DNA from: Chiloscyllium plagiosum
Lineage: Eukaryota
Length of the DNA stretch: 44,271 nt
Direction of reading: 5' to 3'
NCBI RefSeq assembly: GCF_004010195.1
Contig: NC_057719.1
Span: forward strand, 597,593 to 641,863
Shown one piece after another: positions 1-12,811 of the stretch; within the stretch, counting starts at the first letter, position 1; each line of letters begins with the position of its first letter. The position numbers were made by a program, and so were the translations under genes. A model generated the notes under the pieces. It made no database searches and was not told where the DNA came from. It worked only from the letters and a program-made list of their open reading frames with translations.

Positions 1-155
1 AGAGGCATTTGGATGGGTATATGAATAGGAAGGGTTTGGAGGGATATGGGCTGGGTGCTGGCAGGTGGGACTAGATTGGGTTGGGATATCTGGTTGGCAT
101 GGACAGGTTGGACCGAAGGGTCTGTTTCCATGCTGTACATCTCCATTACTCTATC
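1..155 (+). mobile_element. CR1/HER1 LINE 3' end
   Basis: aggcatttggatgggtatatgaataggaagggtttggagggatatggg...ggaccgaagggtctgtttccatgctgta tail. Confidence 0.8.
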
Positions 156-159
156 TATA

Positions 160-455
160 TTTTTATCCAAATCATTTATGTGCAACAAAGGTCCCAGCAC
201 TGACACTTATGGAACACCACTTGTCGTAGACCTCCAGTCAGAAAAATACTCCTCCTCAACTACCCTCTCTCTTCTACAGCCAAACCAATTTTGTATCCGA
301 CTTACCAAATCACCATGGATCCCATGTGACTTAATCTTCTCAATCAGCCGATAATGAGGGACCTTGTGGAATGCTTTAATGAAGTCCACGTAGGCAGCAG
401 TCATTGCCCTACCCTGAGGAATCATCTTTGTCACTTCCTCAAAAAACTATCAATT
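160..455 (-). mobile_element. CR1 LINE reverse-transcriptase fragment
   Basis: ORF 207..434: YVDFIKAFHKVPHYRLIEKIKSHGIHGDL..IQNWF..SGVP. Confidence 0.9.
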
Positions 456-506
456 TGGAAGGCTTAACAAATATTATAATATTTTAGGATCCATCAGGAC
501 ACCCCC

Positions 507-1075
507 CATAGAATATAGAGCAATACAGCATAGTACAGGCCCTTTTATCTTATTTGAAGATCAGACTAACCTATACACCCTACATTGTACTATCATCCAA
601 GTGCCTATCCAAGAGTTACTTAAATGTCCCTAATGTATCTGACTCTACTCCCACTGCTGGAAGCGCATTCCACACACCCACCACTCTTGGTGGAAAGAAC
701 ATCCCTCTGACATCTCCCTTAAACCTTCCACCAATCACCTTAAAATTATGCTCCCCGTGATAGACATTTCTGGCCTGGGAAAAAGTCTCTGACTATCCAC
801 TATCTCTGCCTCCCAACATCTTGTACACCTCGATCAAGTCACCTCTCATCCTTCTTCGCTCCAATGAGAAAAGCCCTCGCTCCCTCAACCTTGCTTCATA
901 AGATATGCCCTCCAGTCCAGGCAGATTCCTGGTAAATCTCCTCTGCACCCTCTCTAAAGCTTCCACATCCTTCCGAAAATGATGCAAACAGAGCTGAACA
1001 CAATATCCCTAGTGTGGTCTAACCAGGGCTTTATAGAGCTGCAGCATAACCTCGCGGCTCTTAAACTCAATCCCA
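507..1075 (-). mobile_element. CR1 LINE 3' fragment
   Basis: ORF 793..987: KDVEALERVQRRFTR..GLFSLERRRMRGDLIEVYK. Confidence 0.92.
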
Positions 1076-1309
1076 TCTCAGTCTGCCTTTTCTAGGGAAT
1101 AGATCTCCAGCAAATTCAACGGAGAGTCATGGAGTTAACAAAGTCCAGCACCTTGGCTAAGGGCATTGGGGGCCAAACGTGACGGATTCATGTGAATCTT
1201 TGGACCCTTCCCACAGGTTCAATGAATCCTCAAAGTGTATGATGGCCCACATAGAGCTAGGAATCCCAATCACATTGCTCCTTCTAACACACCGCTCTGG
1301 CAGCAGTAC

Positions 1310-1880
1310 ATTTTCTTTAAAAAACTCTTTCACAGGATGTGGGTGTTCCTGGCTGGGCCCGTATTTACTGCCCATCCCTAGTTGCCCATTGAGAAGGTGG
1401 GGGTGAGCTGCCTTCCTGAACTGCTATAATCCCTGTGCTGTAGGTTGACCCACAATGCCCTTAAGGAGGGAATTCCAGGATTTTGACCAGTGATACTGAA
1501 GGAATGGCGATGTATTTCCAAGTCAGGATGGTGAGGGGCTCAGAGGGGAGCTTACAGGGGCTGGTGTTCCCATGTATCTGCTGCCCTTGTCCTTCTAGAT
1601 GGAAGTGGCCATGGGTTTGGAAGGTGCTGTCTGAGGGTCTTTGGTGAGTTTCTGCAGTGCATCTTGTAGATGGTACACACTGCTGCTACTGAGCGTCGGT
1701 GATGGAGAGAATGGGTGTTTGTGGATGTGGGGCCAATCAAGCGGCTGCTTTGTCCTGGATGGTGTCGAGCTTCTTGAGTGTTGTTGGAGCTGCCCCCATC
1801 CAGGGCAAGTGGGGAGGATTCCATCACACTCCTGACTTGTGCCTTGTAGATGGTGGACAGGCTTTGGGGAGGCAGGAGTT
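1310..1880 (-). mobile_element. CR1-group LINE, second family, 3' fragment
   Basis: HSLHHRRSVAAVCTIYKMHCRNSPK; near-identical inverted copy at 36985-37510. Confidence 0.8.
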
Positions 1881-2916
1881 AGATTAAGCACCCAGCTTTG
1901 GATTCTGTTCTTAAATACTTTCTGCTGCACAACACCTCATCCTTCGCCCAGGATCCTAGCTAGTGAGTGCTTGAGGGCATTGCAATAATGCTTCATGCAT
2001 TGTCTGGAGACACATGCTAAAGAATTCCCAGACAGCACCACATCTCTCCAGCCCAGGGACACAGAGGTCAGTTAAAACACTGCTGTGAGAGGCCCCTGTG
2101 CACTGAACCATTACAGACTGTGCTCTTGCAAATAAAGAGACAGCAAATTTATTCCAGATTATCGCAGCTTCCCCAGTTCATTCTATGCAGGTTTCGATTC
2201 TGAGCTTTGTCTCTATCACTGCACAGTTGTACCCCAACTCTGCAATATAACCCCTCCCCATCTTTCAGCTCTCTTTCCACCCAAGCGGAGCAGAAATCAG
2301 GGCCATGTGCAACAGGAACATAAACACAGTGTACTCCAGGTCAGGGCTTAACTGCCTCGGGATCAGACACATCTGCAGATAAAACAGCAACATCTGCCCA
2401 AATGTCTTTGAATTAAATTTATTTTTTGCTGTTTGTTCTCAATTTCTGCAACTCACTGGCAGGGGACAACCACAAGAGTTTCCCCATACACAGGAACTCT
2501 CGCACCCACACTCTGTCACAAAAGAACTGGAATACAGAGGCGAGGAAGTGACTTTTCAGGTTTCCAAGATTTGGGTCCGACCGCATCAGAAGTAACTGCA
2601 CCAACTCTGGGCAACTGGTCTTAGAGTGAGAATTAAGCAAATTTACTGGAATGCATGAGGATATGATTATGGGTGACCAGACCAACATGTTTATGATGAT
2701 GAAAGAAATTGGTAGAGCCTTCAAGAGAAATGACTTTCTCCAGCAGTTGGAGTTGGAAATAACTCCACAAAGGCTGGTATCCCCCTTTATTTCCACGTGG
2801 AGAGTCCCTGACGCTGATCCAGCTCCTTCAGAGCCAGCTCTCAGAGTGAACAGGATGTCTGAAACTCTTGTTTATATCTGTCAGCCAGGGCTCCCCGATT
2901 AGACCAGATTAACAGC

Positions 2917-3055
2917 AGGAGATCACATTCCTGACGGAGGGCTTATGCCTGAAACATTGACTCTCCTGCTCCTTGGATGCTGCCTGAGCGCCTGTGCTTT
3001 TCCAGCAACACACTTTTCGACTCTGATCACCAACGTCTGCAGTCCTCCCTTTCTC
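2917..3055 (+). mobile_element. Short Penelope terminal-repeat insertion with 13-bp TSD
   Basis: ccagattaacagc at 2904-2916 and 3056-3068; degenerate hammerhead core ctgacggagggcttatgcctgaaacatt. Confidence 0.75.
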
Positions 3056-3149
3056 CCAGATTAACAGCCCCAATCAGAGAACTCAGATTCCACCTGGTTA
3101 CCCTCATTACAATCACTATGCTGAAAAAGGGACAACACCTCCTCCCAAT

Positions 3150-4045
3150 CCACCCCCACCTTGTAAAAACGCTATCCCTTATTCCCAATTCCACCGCATC
3201 AACACATCTGCGCACAGGAGAAGCAATTCCACTCCAGAACATCCCAGATGTTGTCCAATTTCAAGGACGGTAATTTCCCCTCCCACGTGGTCAACAATGC
3301 CCTCCAGCACATCTTCTCCACTTCCACCTTTGAACTGCACCCGTCCAACCGCAACAAGGACAGAACAAGGTCCCCCCCCTCCCCAGTCCTCATCTTCCAC
3401 CCCACCAACCTCCAGATTGGAATGCATCATCCTCCACCATTTCCACCACCGACAGTCAGACCTCACCACCAGGGATATATTTCTCTTCCCACCCCTCTCA
3501 GCATTCCACAGAGATCATTCCCTACACAACTCCCTCGTTAGGTCCAAGTCCCTCCCCCACCGACCCACCCTCCTCCACTCCCAGCATCTTCCCCTGCCAC
3601 TGCAAAAGGTGTAAGACCTGCACCCACACATTCCCCCTCACATCCATCCAAACCACAAAGGACCTTTCCACATCCAGCAGAGATTTACTTGTACTTTCAC
3701 ACACCTCACCGACTGTGTCCGTTGCTCTTGATATAGTTTGCTCTACACTGGGGAGACAGGACACCAACTTTGGGATCGTTTCAGAGAACATCTCTGGGAT
3801 GTCCGCACCAACCAACACGACTGCCCTGTGGCTGACCACTTCAACTCCCCCTCCCACTCTGCCAAGGACATGCAAGTCCTGNNNNNNNNNNNNNNNNNNN
3901 NNNNNNNNNNNNNNNNNNNNNATTTATCTTTCAGCCCCCTTTGGCACCCCCACACATTCCTGATGAAGAGTTTATGCCCGAAACCTTGACTCTGCTGCTC
4001 CTCGGATGCTGCCTGACCTGCTGTGCTTTTCCAGCACTATACTCT
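3150..4045 (+). mobile_element. Penelope-like retroelement 3' portion (RT C-terminus, GIY-YIG endonuclease, terminal repeat), decayed
   Basis: FKDGNFPSHVV, FHPTNL, YTGETGHQLWDRFREHL..PVADHFNSPSHS; ends with ctgatgaagagtttatgcccgaaacc at 3960. Confidence 0.88.
3882..3921. other. Assembly gap (40 N)
   Basis: N run. Confidence 1.
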
Positions 4046-4359
4046 ATGAGTGAACAGAACTCCTGACTCTCCTGTTTATATCTGTCAGCCAGGATAATAG
4101 CCCCAATCAGGGAACTCATGTTCTCACACCTACCTGGATGACCTGATTACAATCACTAGAGGTCAACACAAGGGCTCTCCAACCTGGAGCCTGGTTGTTC
4201 AGGGTGCTTTTGGGGGGTCCTTTTAGGGCTTACACCAAGGATAGAGGTTCAATAGAAACTTGCCAAACCAAGATTAATATGTTTTTCTTCGGGTAAGGTA
4301 TGAAACGTTATGAACTCTCAGTGGGTAAGTGGAGATTGGAAACAGGTTAGCAGTGATGC

Positions 4360-4655
4360 ACAGAATGGCTGAATAGCTATCTTCTGCTCCTAATGCAACA
4401 GGCACTGGGGACACCACCAGACCTCTCTCTGCTTCTGTATGAAAAACACACAGAAATGAATGGCCTCATCCTGTTCCTATATAACAGGCTCGAGCGGTGG
4501 GATGAATGGCCTCATCCTGATTTGGTGTAAGAGGCTTGCGAAAGGGGCCATATGCTCTCCTCCTGTTCCTCTGTTACAGGCTGAAGCAATGGGACTGAAT
4601 GGTTTTCTGTTCCTGTGTATCAGAGTAAAGGACTGAATGGCCTCTTCCTGTTCCG
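4360..4655 (+). repeat. Degenerate tandem array of a CR1 3'-tail motif
   Basis: Recurring acaggct..gaatggcct..tcctgttcct units roughly every 40-50 bp. Confidence 0.55.
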
Positions 4656-5030
4656 ATGGGCCAGATTTTGGTCTGTTCCTGGTGGTTTTTGGCCTGATCT
4701 GGCTCCAGTATTTACCTCCAATAATGTTTCCTTTGCCAAAGACATGTCACATGATTAAAGTGCGGGAAGGGAGACTTTCCAGGAACCCACTGCCCTGGTC
4801 TGGCATGTTTTGGAGAGTGAAGGGCCAGGCCAGCACCCGCTCACAGAGGTGAGGCACGGTGGTGCACTGGGGAAGGGGCTTCCAGCTGTCCAACTGAACG
4901 ATGACAGCCTCTTCCCATGAGAACAAGCACCCCTCAGAATAGGAGGCCAATCCCAGAGCAATTGAGAGATGGGTGTCTCTGACTGGGAGAGTTGCCTCGC
5001 AGAGTGAAACCATGTTGCTTTGTGGATTAC

Positions 5031-5155
5031 CTGGAGGTGGACTGGTGTACATCCGGCTCCATGCAGTTGTGTACCTGCTGGTACATCCTGTCAACGTGCA
5101 GCGCTATATACTCCGTCAGGTGCTTGTGTTGGGCCAGCTCCAGCTCCAGCTCCTG
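5031..5155 (-). CDS. SYNE2: SYNE2 exon: (Q)ELELELAQHKHLTEYIALHVDRMYQQVHNCMEPDVHQSTS(R)
   Basis: NAGNAG acceptor gatcag/cag (start 5155 or 5152), donor CAG|gtaatc, phase 0-2; continues the QQQK-ELExEL motif. Confidence 0.85.
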
Positions 5156-5197
5156 CTGATCACACACCAGTACATTAATGTCTGGAAGAGGGGGGGA

Positions 5198-5369
5198 NNN
5201 NNNNNNNNNNNNNNNNNNNNNNNNNNNNNNNNNNNNNNNNNNNNNNNNNNNNNNNNNNNNNNNNNNNNNNNNNNNNNNNNNNNNNNNNNNNNNNNNNNNN
5301 NNNNNNNNNNNNNNNNNNNNNNNNNNNNNNNNNNNNNNNNNNNNNNNNNNNNNNNNNNNNNNNNNNNNN
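5198..5369. other. Assembly gap (172 N)
   Basis: N run flanked by G-rich sequence. Confidence 1.
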
Positions 5370-5509
5370 AGGGGGGGAGACGAGGGGGGGGGACGGGAGG
5401 GAGTGAAGGAGTGAGAGTGACAGAGACAGTGACGGAGACACGGAAGAGAGGGGGAGAGACACAGAGAGAGAGCGAGACAGAAAATGCGAGACAGAGAGCG
5501 TGAAAGAGA

Positions 5510-6205
5510 GATAGAACAGAGAACATTACAGCGCAGTACAGACCCTTTGGTTCTCTACATTGCACCGACCTGTGAAATTAATCTGATGTCCATCTAACCG
5601 ACACCGTTCCACTATTATCCATATGCATATCCAATGCCCATTTAAGTGCCGTTAACATTGGTGAGTCTACTACTGTTGCAGACAGGCCGTTCTACTCCAT
5701 GACTACCCTCTGAGTGAAGAAACTACCTCTGACATCTGTCCTATATCTATCACCCCTCAATTTAAAGCTATGTCCCCTCGTGTTCGCCGTCACCATCAGA
5801 GGAAAAAGGCTCTCCCTGTCCACCCTATCTCACCCTCTGATTATCTTATGTCTGAACTAAGTCAACTCTCAACCATCTTCTCTCCATCAAAAACAGCCTC
5901 AGTTCCCTCAGCCTTTCCTCGTAAGGCCTTCCCTCCATACCAGGCAACATCCTGGTAAATCTCCTCTGAACCCTTCCCAAAGCTTCCACATCCTTCCTAT
6001 AATGCGGTGATCAGAACTGTCCGCAATACTCCAGGTGCGGCCGCACCAGTGTCTTGTACAGCTGAAGCATGACCTCATGGCTCCGGAACACAATCCCCCT
6101 ACCAATAAAGGCTAACGCACTGTATGCCTTAACAACTCCATCAACCTGGGTGGCAACATTCAGGGATTTATGCACCTGGACACAGATCTCCCTGTTCATC
6201 TACAC
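5510..6205 (-). mobile_element. CR1 LINE 3' fragment
   Basis: LQLYKTLVRPHLEYCGQF and downstream CR1 3' UTR. Confidence 0.9.
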
Positions 6206-6214
6206 TGCCAAGAG

Positions 6215-6710
6215 TTTTACTCCTAACTGTGGAGTCCCCAATGACTAATGCTCTGCTCCTCTTCGCCCTTCCCCTCTGAGCAACAGGGACAGACTCTGTG
6301 CCAGAGACCTGTGCCCCACTACTTAGTCTTGGTAAGTTTCCCTCCCTCTGCTCCCCCCGCACCCGCCCCCCCCAAACAAAACCCAAAACAGTATACTTGT
6401 TGTTGAGGGGGACGGCCACAGGGGATCCCTGCACTGCCTGCCAGTTCCCTTTCCGTCCACTGACGGTAACCCATCTACCTTCTTCATGTACCTGAGGTGT
6501 GACTACCTCCCTGTAACTCCTCTCAGTAACCCCCTCTGCCTCCCGAATGATCCGAAGTTCATCCAGCTCCAGTTCCCCAAAACGGTTTCCGAGGAGCTGG
6601 AGTTGGGTTCACTTCCCACAGATGCAGTCAGCAGAGAGACTAGTGGTGACCCTTACCCCCCACACACTGCAGGAGGAACGTTCAACTGCCCCAACCTCCA
6701 TTCCCACTGT
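6215..6710 (-). mobile_element. CR1 LINE ORF1 remnant (Cys-rich N-terminus and SGNH esterase-like start)
   Basis: CSVWGVRVTTSLSADCICGK and RALVIGDSTVR. Confidence 0.75.
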
Positions 6711-7234
6711 TCTAAATTCCCAAACAGACCATTGAAAAAATGAAACATGAAAGAAAACACTTGTCACCTTACCAACCAGATAGAGAGAGAAAGAGAGAGA
6801 GAGAGAGAGCAGAAAACATTGCACAGTCAATTATGGAAACAAGCAAATCTACAGATCACTCACTGCAGAACAGTTTTCCATTTCTCTTTGAGAAGTTTAA
6901 ATAAAATCACTGAGGAGCTGCTGTCTGAACTCAAAGCCCCACCAGGTAGCTGCAGTACTCCACACACTTCAGACTTTACCGAGAGTTCAACATCACTGGC
7001 AACAAAACTAACCATCCAGACCCTGAACTCTTTAACCCAGTGTCTAATCTACACAAAAAGCACTCTGACTGACCTCACTCGCTCACAGATAGCAGTATCA
7101 GAATCAATGGGCAATACTCTCACTGAATCACAAAGTCTTGTGTTCTTGTAACAGTCGAAAGCCACAGCCACATGATAACTTCACATTCCAAACACAATGA
7201 TCAGAGTATTAAACTGAGGCTTCTCTGACAGCAT

Positions 7235-8785
7235 GGACCCTCCGACTGTGCGACACTCCCTCAGCACTGACTCTCCGATAGTGCGGCACTCCCTCAGAGC
7301 TGACCCTCTGACAGTGCGGCACTCCCTCAGCACCGACCCTCTGACAGTGCGGCACTCCCTCAGTGCTGACCCTCTGACAGTGCGGCACTCCCTCAGCACT
7401 GACCCTCGGACAGTGCATCACCCCCTCAGTGCTGACCCTCTGACAGTGCGGCAGTCCCTCAGCACTGACCCTCGGACAGTGCGTCACTACCTCAGCGCTG
7501 ACCCTCTGACAGTGCGGCACTCTCTCATCGCTGACCCTCCGACAGTGCGGCACTCCCTCAGCGCTGACCCTCTGACAGTGCGGCACTCCCTCAGCACTGA
7601 CCCTCCGACAGTGCGGCACTCCCTCAGCGCTGACCCTCTGACAGTGCGGCACTCCCTCAGCGCTGACCCTCTGACAGTGCGGCACTCCCACAGCGCTGAC
7701 CCTCAGATAGTGCGGCACTCCCTCAGAGCTGACCCTCTGACAGTGCGGCACTCCCTCAGCACCGACCCTCTGACAGTGCGGCACTCCCTCAGCGCTGACC
7801 CTCTGACAGTGCGGCACTCCCTCAGCACTGACCCTCCGACAGTGCGGCACTCCCTCAGTGCTGACCCTCTGACAGTGTGGCACTCCCTCAGCACTGACCC
7901 TCGGACAGTGCGTCACTCCCTCAGCGCTGACCCTCTGACAGTGCGGCACTCTCTCATCGCTGACCCTCCGACAGTGCGGCACTCCCTCAGCGCTGACCCT
8001 CTGACAGTGTGGCACTCCCTCAGCACTGACCCTCCGACAGTGCGGCACTCCCTCAGTGCTGACCCTCTGACAGTGCGGCACTCCCTCAGCACTGACCCTC
8101 GGACAGTGCGTCACTCCCTCAGTGCTGACCCTCTGACAGTGTGGCACTCCCTCCGCACTGACCCTCAGACAGTGCGGCACTCCCTCAGCGCTGACCCTCT
8201 GACAGTGTGGCACTCCCTCAGCACTGACCCTCGGACAGTGCGTCACTCCCTCAGTGCTGACCCTCGGACAGTGCGTCACTCCCTCAGTGCTGACCGTGGG
8301 GCACTCCCGCACCCCTGACCCTCTGACAGTGCGGCACTCCCTCAGCACTGACCCTCTGACAGTGCGGCACTCCCTCAGCACTGACCCTCTGACAGTGTGG
8401 CACTCCCTCAGTGCTGACCCTCGGACAGTGCGTCACTCCCTCAGTGCTGACCCTCGGACAGTGCGGCACTCCCTCAGCGCTGACCGTGTGGCACTCCCTC
8501 AGCACTGACCCTCTGACAGTGCGGCACTCCCTCAGCACTGACCCTCTGACAGTGTGGCACTCCCTCAGTGCTGACCCTCTGACAGTGCGGCACTCCCTCA
8601 ACACTGACCCTCTGACAGTGCGGCACTCCCTCAGCACTGACCCTCTGACAGTGCGGCACTCCCTCAGCACTGACCCTCTGACAGTGTGGCACTCCCTCAA
8701 CACTGACCTTCCGACACTCCTCAGTACTGACCCTCCAAAACCATGATCTTCCCTCAGTACTGACCCCCTGACAGCATGGCATTCT
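7235..8785. repeat. 33-bp minisatellite, about 45 units (ctgaccctctgacagtgcggcactccctcagca)
   Basis: Contiguous tandem units with no spacers; explains the 11-aa-periodic ORFs on both strands. Confidence 0.97.
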
Positions 8786-8869
8786 GTTATTCCACACCCC
8801 CTTTGACAGTACATTCATTTGTGCACAATTATGGTCCATCTACAGGTGCACTGCAGTATCTCACCCACA

Positions 8870-9130
8870 TGCCTTTAACAGCACCATCCAAACCCCTAAG
8901 GAGCACAGCAGCAGGTACATGGGATTGACAGCTGCCCCTGTCTACACACCATCCTGACTTGGAAATGTATCACCATTCCTTCACTGTTGCTGGGTCAAAG
9001 TCCTGGAACTCCCTTTGTCAGAGGCTTGTGGGTCAACCCACAGCACATGGACTCAAATAGGCGGCTTTGCACCACCTTCTCAGGGGTAATTTCTGATGGA
9101 AAATACCACATCCCATGAATAAATAACTCA
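8870..9130 (+). mobile_element. 3' UTR fragment of the second CR1-group LINE family
   Basis: ccatcctgacttggaaatgtatcaccattccttcactgttgctgggtcaaagtcctggaa matches 37300-37365. Confidence 0.7.
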
Positions 9131-9689
9131 AAGAATGCCAACTTCTCCTTAAATGATGAGCTCCACATTTTTGCTCCACTCTGCCTGAAATGGTTTTTCA
9201 TGAATTCCCCTGACTGGATTTCTTCCTGACCATCTGGTATTTATAGCTATGTATTCCTGATCTTTCCTGGAATTGGAAACATCAACCCTAGCCCTAGCAA
9301 TTTTTCATTAACCTCTCTCAGGATTTCTCTTTTCTGGAGGAAATAGCCCCAGTGTAGTAAATCCTTTGTGTAGAACTATAAACTTCCAATACTGACCTCA
9401 TACTAATCAATCTATTTGAGCAGTTTTCCACATGTCCTTCTATTCCTTTATGGAGAGGTTGTGACGTGTTGCATTGACACTGGACTAATAAAAGTGCAAC
9501 ACGGGAGACTGAGGCTGACAGATTCTTAATCAGGAAGGGTAGCAAGGGTTATGGGGAATGGCAGGAACGCGGAATTGAAGATAATCACATCAGCTCACTG
9601 AATGGTGGATCAGACTCAATGGGCTGAATGGCCGACTGCTGCTCCTAAACCTTATGGGCTAATTTTCTTGGGACATGGGTACAAATCTC

Positions 9690-9995
9690 TCCATAGGCAG
9701 TGGTGGAATTTAAATTCAATTTTAAAAATCTATGATGTAAGGTCAGTCCCATTAATGATGACCATGACACCTACCGTCAATGTTTCGAAAAACCCATCTA
9801 ATTCACTAAAGTCCCTTAGTGAAGGGAATCAGCTGTCCTTACCTGGTCTGGCCTACATGAGACTCCAGACCCACAGCAATGAGGCTGACTCATAGCTGCC
9901 CTCTGAAATGGCTGAGTAACCCAGTCAGTTCAAGGGCAATGAGGGGTAAGTAACAAACACTGGTCAAACCAGCAACACATCCCATGAAAAAATAG
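9690..9995 (+). mobile_element. Shark SINE (family B), partial
   Basis: aaaacccatct..cttacctggtctggcctacatgagactccagacccacagcaatg shared with 13215, 19359 and 28480 copies. Confidence 0.7.
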
Positions 9996-10030
9996 AGAAG
10001 AATAACAATATTGTAGACCAGAACAGTTAC

Positions 10031-10156
10031 CTTCTGTTGCTGCAGGCTGTCCTGTCTGGACAGCTTGGGTTTGATAGCCATGGGGGTTGGCTGACCAGTG
10101 AGCAGGGTGTGGCAGAACGTCCCATCAGCTGGTGCGATCTTCTTGGCAGGTGTCTC
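10031..10156 (-). CDS. SYNE2: SYNE2 exon: ETPAKKIAPADGTFCHTLLTGQPTPMAIKPKLSRQDSLQQQK
   Basis: Acceptor tttttctcactgttattag, donor AAG|gtaact, 126 nt, phase 0-0; RQxSLQQQK nesprin motif. Confidence 0.9.
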
Positions 10157-12499
10157 CTAATAACAGTGAGAAAAATGTGAGGTTTGGTCAAACATAGGAT
10201 CAACAGAACTAACAGGCACATGGTATTCTCCAGGGAGACAATCAATGTGAACAATGAACATAGTGCGAATTCGGATTGTTTGATTGACATGTGTGTCAAT
10301 AATTATGATAGGGGCGGAGCGGGAGACGAGGGGCACAGAAAAAACATTGGAATTGAGACCAGAATCTGCCATTGTTGGCAATGGCACAGCAGGATTTCGG
10401 GGCCAAATAGCCTCTTTCTGTCCCTTAGACCCACTGGTCGGACACTCCTTTTGGTGGACTAACTCCCTGATTCTTTAGAATGTTATAACGTTTATGAACT
10501 CATTGATCTATTTCCCATAACCTCTCCCTCAATCGTCATTTCTTACGGAAGGATCTCATTCTACCCAGTCTGGTTTTGCTGGATCATTAAGGAGGTCTGT
10601 AGTTTGTCCTCTATTTCTCCCATAGTCTCCACACATTTTTTTAAAAAGATATTTATCAATTGCCATTTTGAAAATTGTTCCTGAATCTGCTTCCATTGCC
10701 CTTTCAGATCACATCAACACTCTGCCTTGAAAAAAAAAACCCACTTGCTGCATTTGGTTCTTTTGCCAATCAACGACTTTCTGGCATATCCCCTGGTTAC
10801 AAACTCGCTCACTGCTATTCTCTAAAGAATACCCTCACTTTTAAAGGACTCTGTTTAATCTGTCCTCAGGCTCCTCCAGTCTCTCCACGTGAACTGAAGT
10901 CCCTCATCCCTGGCTGACTACTTGTGAATCTCCTCCACACTTTCTCCAGGACCTTCACATCCTTCCTAAAAGTGCGGTACCAGAACTGAACCCAACATTC
11001 AAACTGAGGCTTGACCAGTAATTAACAAAGGTTTCATAGTAACATCCTTGCTTTTGCACTTAATGGATTTTTTAAACAAAAAAAAACCTAGATTAATCAG
11101 TGAGGGAGAATGTACGTGGGTCATGGGAAGAGATGAAATGGGTGAGTGAAGTCTAGAGTGACTCAATGCTCTTTGCCAAGAAAAACACAAGCATAGTGGA
11201 GATATTACAGGTGTTAAACTAGCTCTGAATAACATCCACGCAACAATACACTGTCGACTAACCCAAGAGAAGGGCTGAGCCCCTTTGCTATGGAAACACA
11301 TCACCAGGGTAAGTATCTTTAATCTATCTGTTCAGAGATATTGTGAGTCACCACTGGAACAAGTGGAACTTGAACTCAGACCTTCTGGTCCACAGTGTAG
11401 AGAATACATCACCAAATTAACCATTGAAGGGGAAGGAGCAGCAGGAGATTTTAATTATCCATTTATAAACTGGTTAAACGAGGAACAAGAATTGGTGATG
11501 GGTTAGCCTGGAACACTAATTAACAATGCAATCAACAATCAGAATCAGAGAAACCAGAATCTTTCATTCAGAGTTTCACCAATCAGGTACAGATGGGGAG
11601 GAGTCAGTTCATGCAGAAACCACATCAAATTGAACAAAGAATTGAGGGCTCTTGTCAGACAGTGGTAGCGTCCCTACGTTTAGGCCAGAGGGACTAGGTT
11701 CAAGTTCCAAATGCTTGGGAAGGCCATCATGACTGAACAGATGATTGAGAATGGTTTCATTGAACATAGAATTGAGTAGGGAAGTGGGAGAAGATGAGGA
11801 CGCAGCAACTAAACGTAACTGTGAATTGCCAGGAGGGAGCCACAATTCTGGATAAAAGTAAATAATAAAGCCAGCATGGACTGGCTGGGCTGAAAGGGCA
11901 AGCTTGCAGGTTGTAACTTCCAGATTTATGAAGGTGGGAGTATTGTGCTGACCGTTACAAATGGAAAATGTGAGGGTGCAGCAGAATTTAGGATACACTG
12001 GGGCTACATAAGTGTTTGGTTTCTGGGGATGAAAATGTACCTTTGAAGCTATTAAATAAGCCACTGTCAAAAGAATTCATGTTTATATTGGACAGTCCAA
12101 ACCTCCGCACTCTAAACCGCTTTACAGCCAATTAAATACTTTTGGAGTAAATTAGAAATCATTGCTATAGTTATGGACTGTATGAAACATTGGAAGATAT
12201 GGAGCTGAACATAGAATAGTACAGCACAGGAACAGGCCCTTCAGCCCATCATGTCTGTACTGACCATGATGCCATTCTAAATTAATCCCATCTGCCTGCC
12301 CATGGTCCATATCCCTCTATTCCCTGCCTGTTCATGTCTCTGTCCATATGCCTTTCAAACAGTGCTACTAGCACCTCCCCTGCTTGGATATTTTTCTGGA
12401 TTAAACTGGTGCACTGTTAATCAAGAAAAGCATTTGTCAATATTTAGAGATTACCTTGGCTCAGGAGATCATGATATCGAGTGGATTTGACAGGAGATG

Positions 12500-12745
12500 A
12501 TTCATAAAATCCCTACAGTACAGATAAAGGCCATTCAGCCAATTCAGTCTGCACCGACCCTCCGAAGAGCATCCAAAGACGTACAGATTAGGATGGATTA
12601 GCCACACTAAATTGCCCGTAATGTCCAGGAATGTGCGGGCTAGGTGGTTTAGCCATGGGAAGTGTGGGGATAGATGTCTGGGTGGGGTTGCTCTTTGGAC
12701 AGTCAATGGGCCGAATGGCCTGCTTCCAATACAGTGGGGATTCTA
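12500..12745. mobile_element. HE1-type SINE fragments in opposite orientations
   Basis: Reverse tail (atccctacagt..ccgaccctccgaagagcatcc) abutting forward ccaaagacgtacagattagg..ctaaattgccc and tail. Confidence 0.6.
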
Positions 12746-12811
12746 CACTGCTTTCTCTCCACAGATGCTGCCAGACCTGCTGACGTTTGCCCACAATTTT
12801 TGTTTTTGTTT

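Noticed and set aside
1900..4960. Search for the next phase-2 SYNE2 exon downstream of 5031
   Set aside because: Acceptor-like sites near 4940, 2620 and 2373 give stops or non-nesprin peptides; the next exon probably lies left of the window
6864..7048. Open minus-strand segment ending KLLKEKWKTVL with a gtgagt donor
   Set aside because: Ends in phase 2 and falls between QQQK and ELELEL, which are contiguous in nesprins
7209..8839. Long repetitive ORFs (390 and 361 aa) and CRISPR-like appearance
   Set aside because: A 33-bp unit is a multiple of three and stop-free in several frames; there are no unique spacers, no cas genes, and the context is eukaryotic
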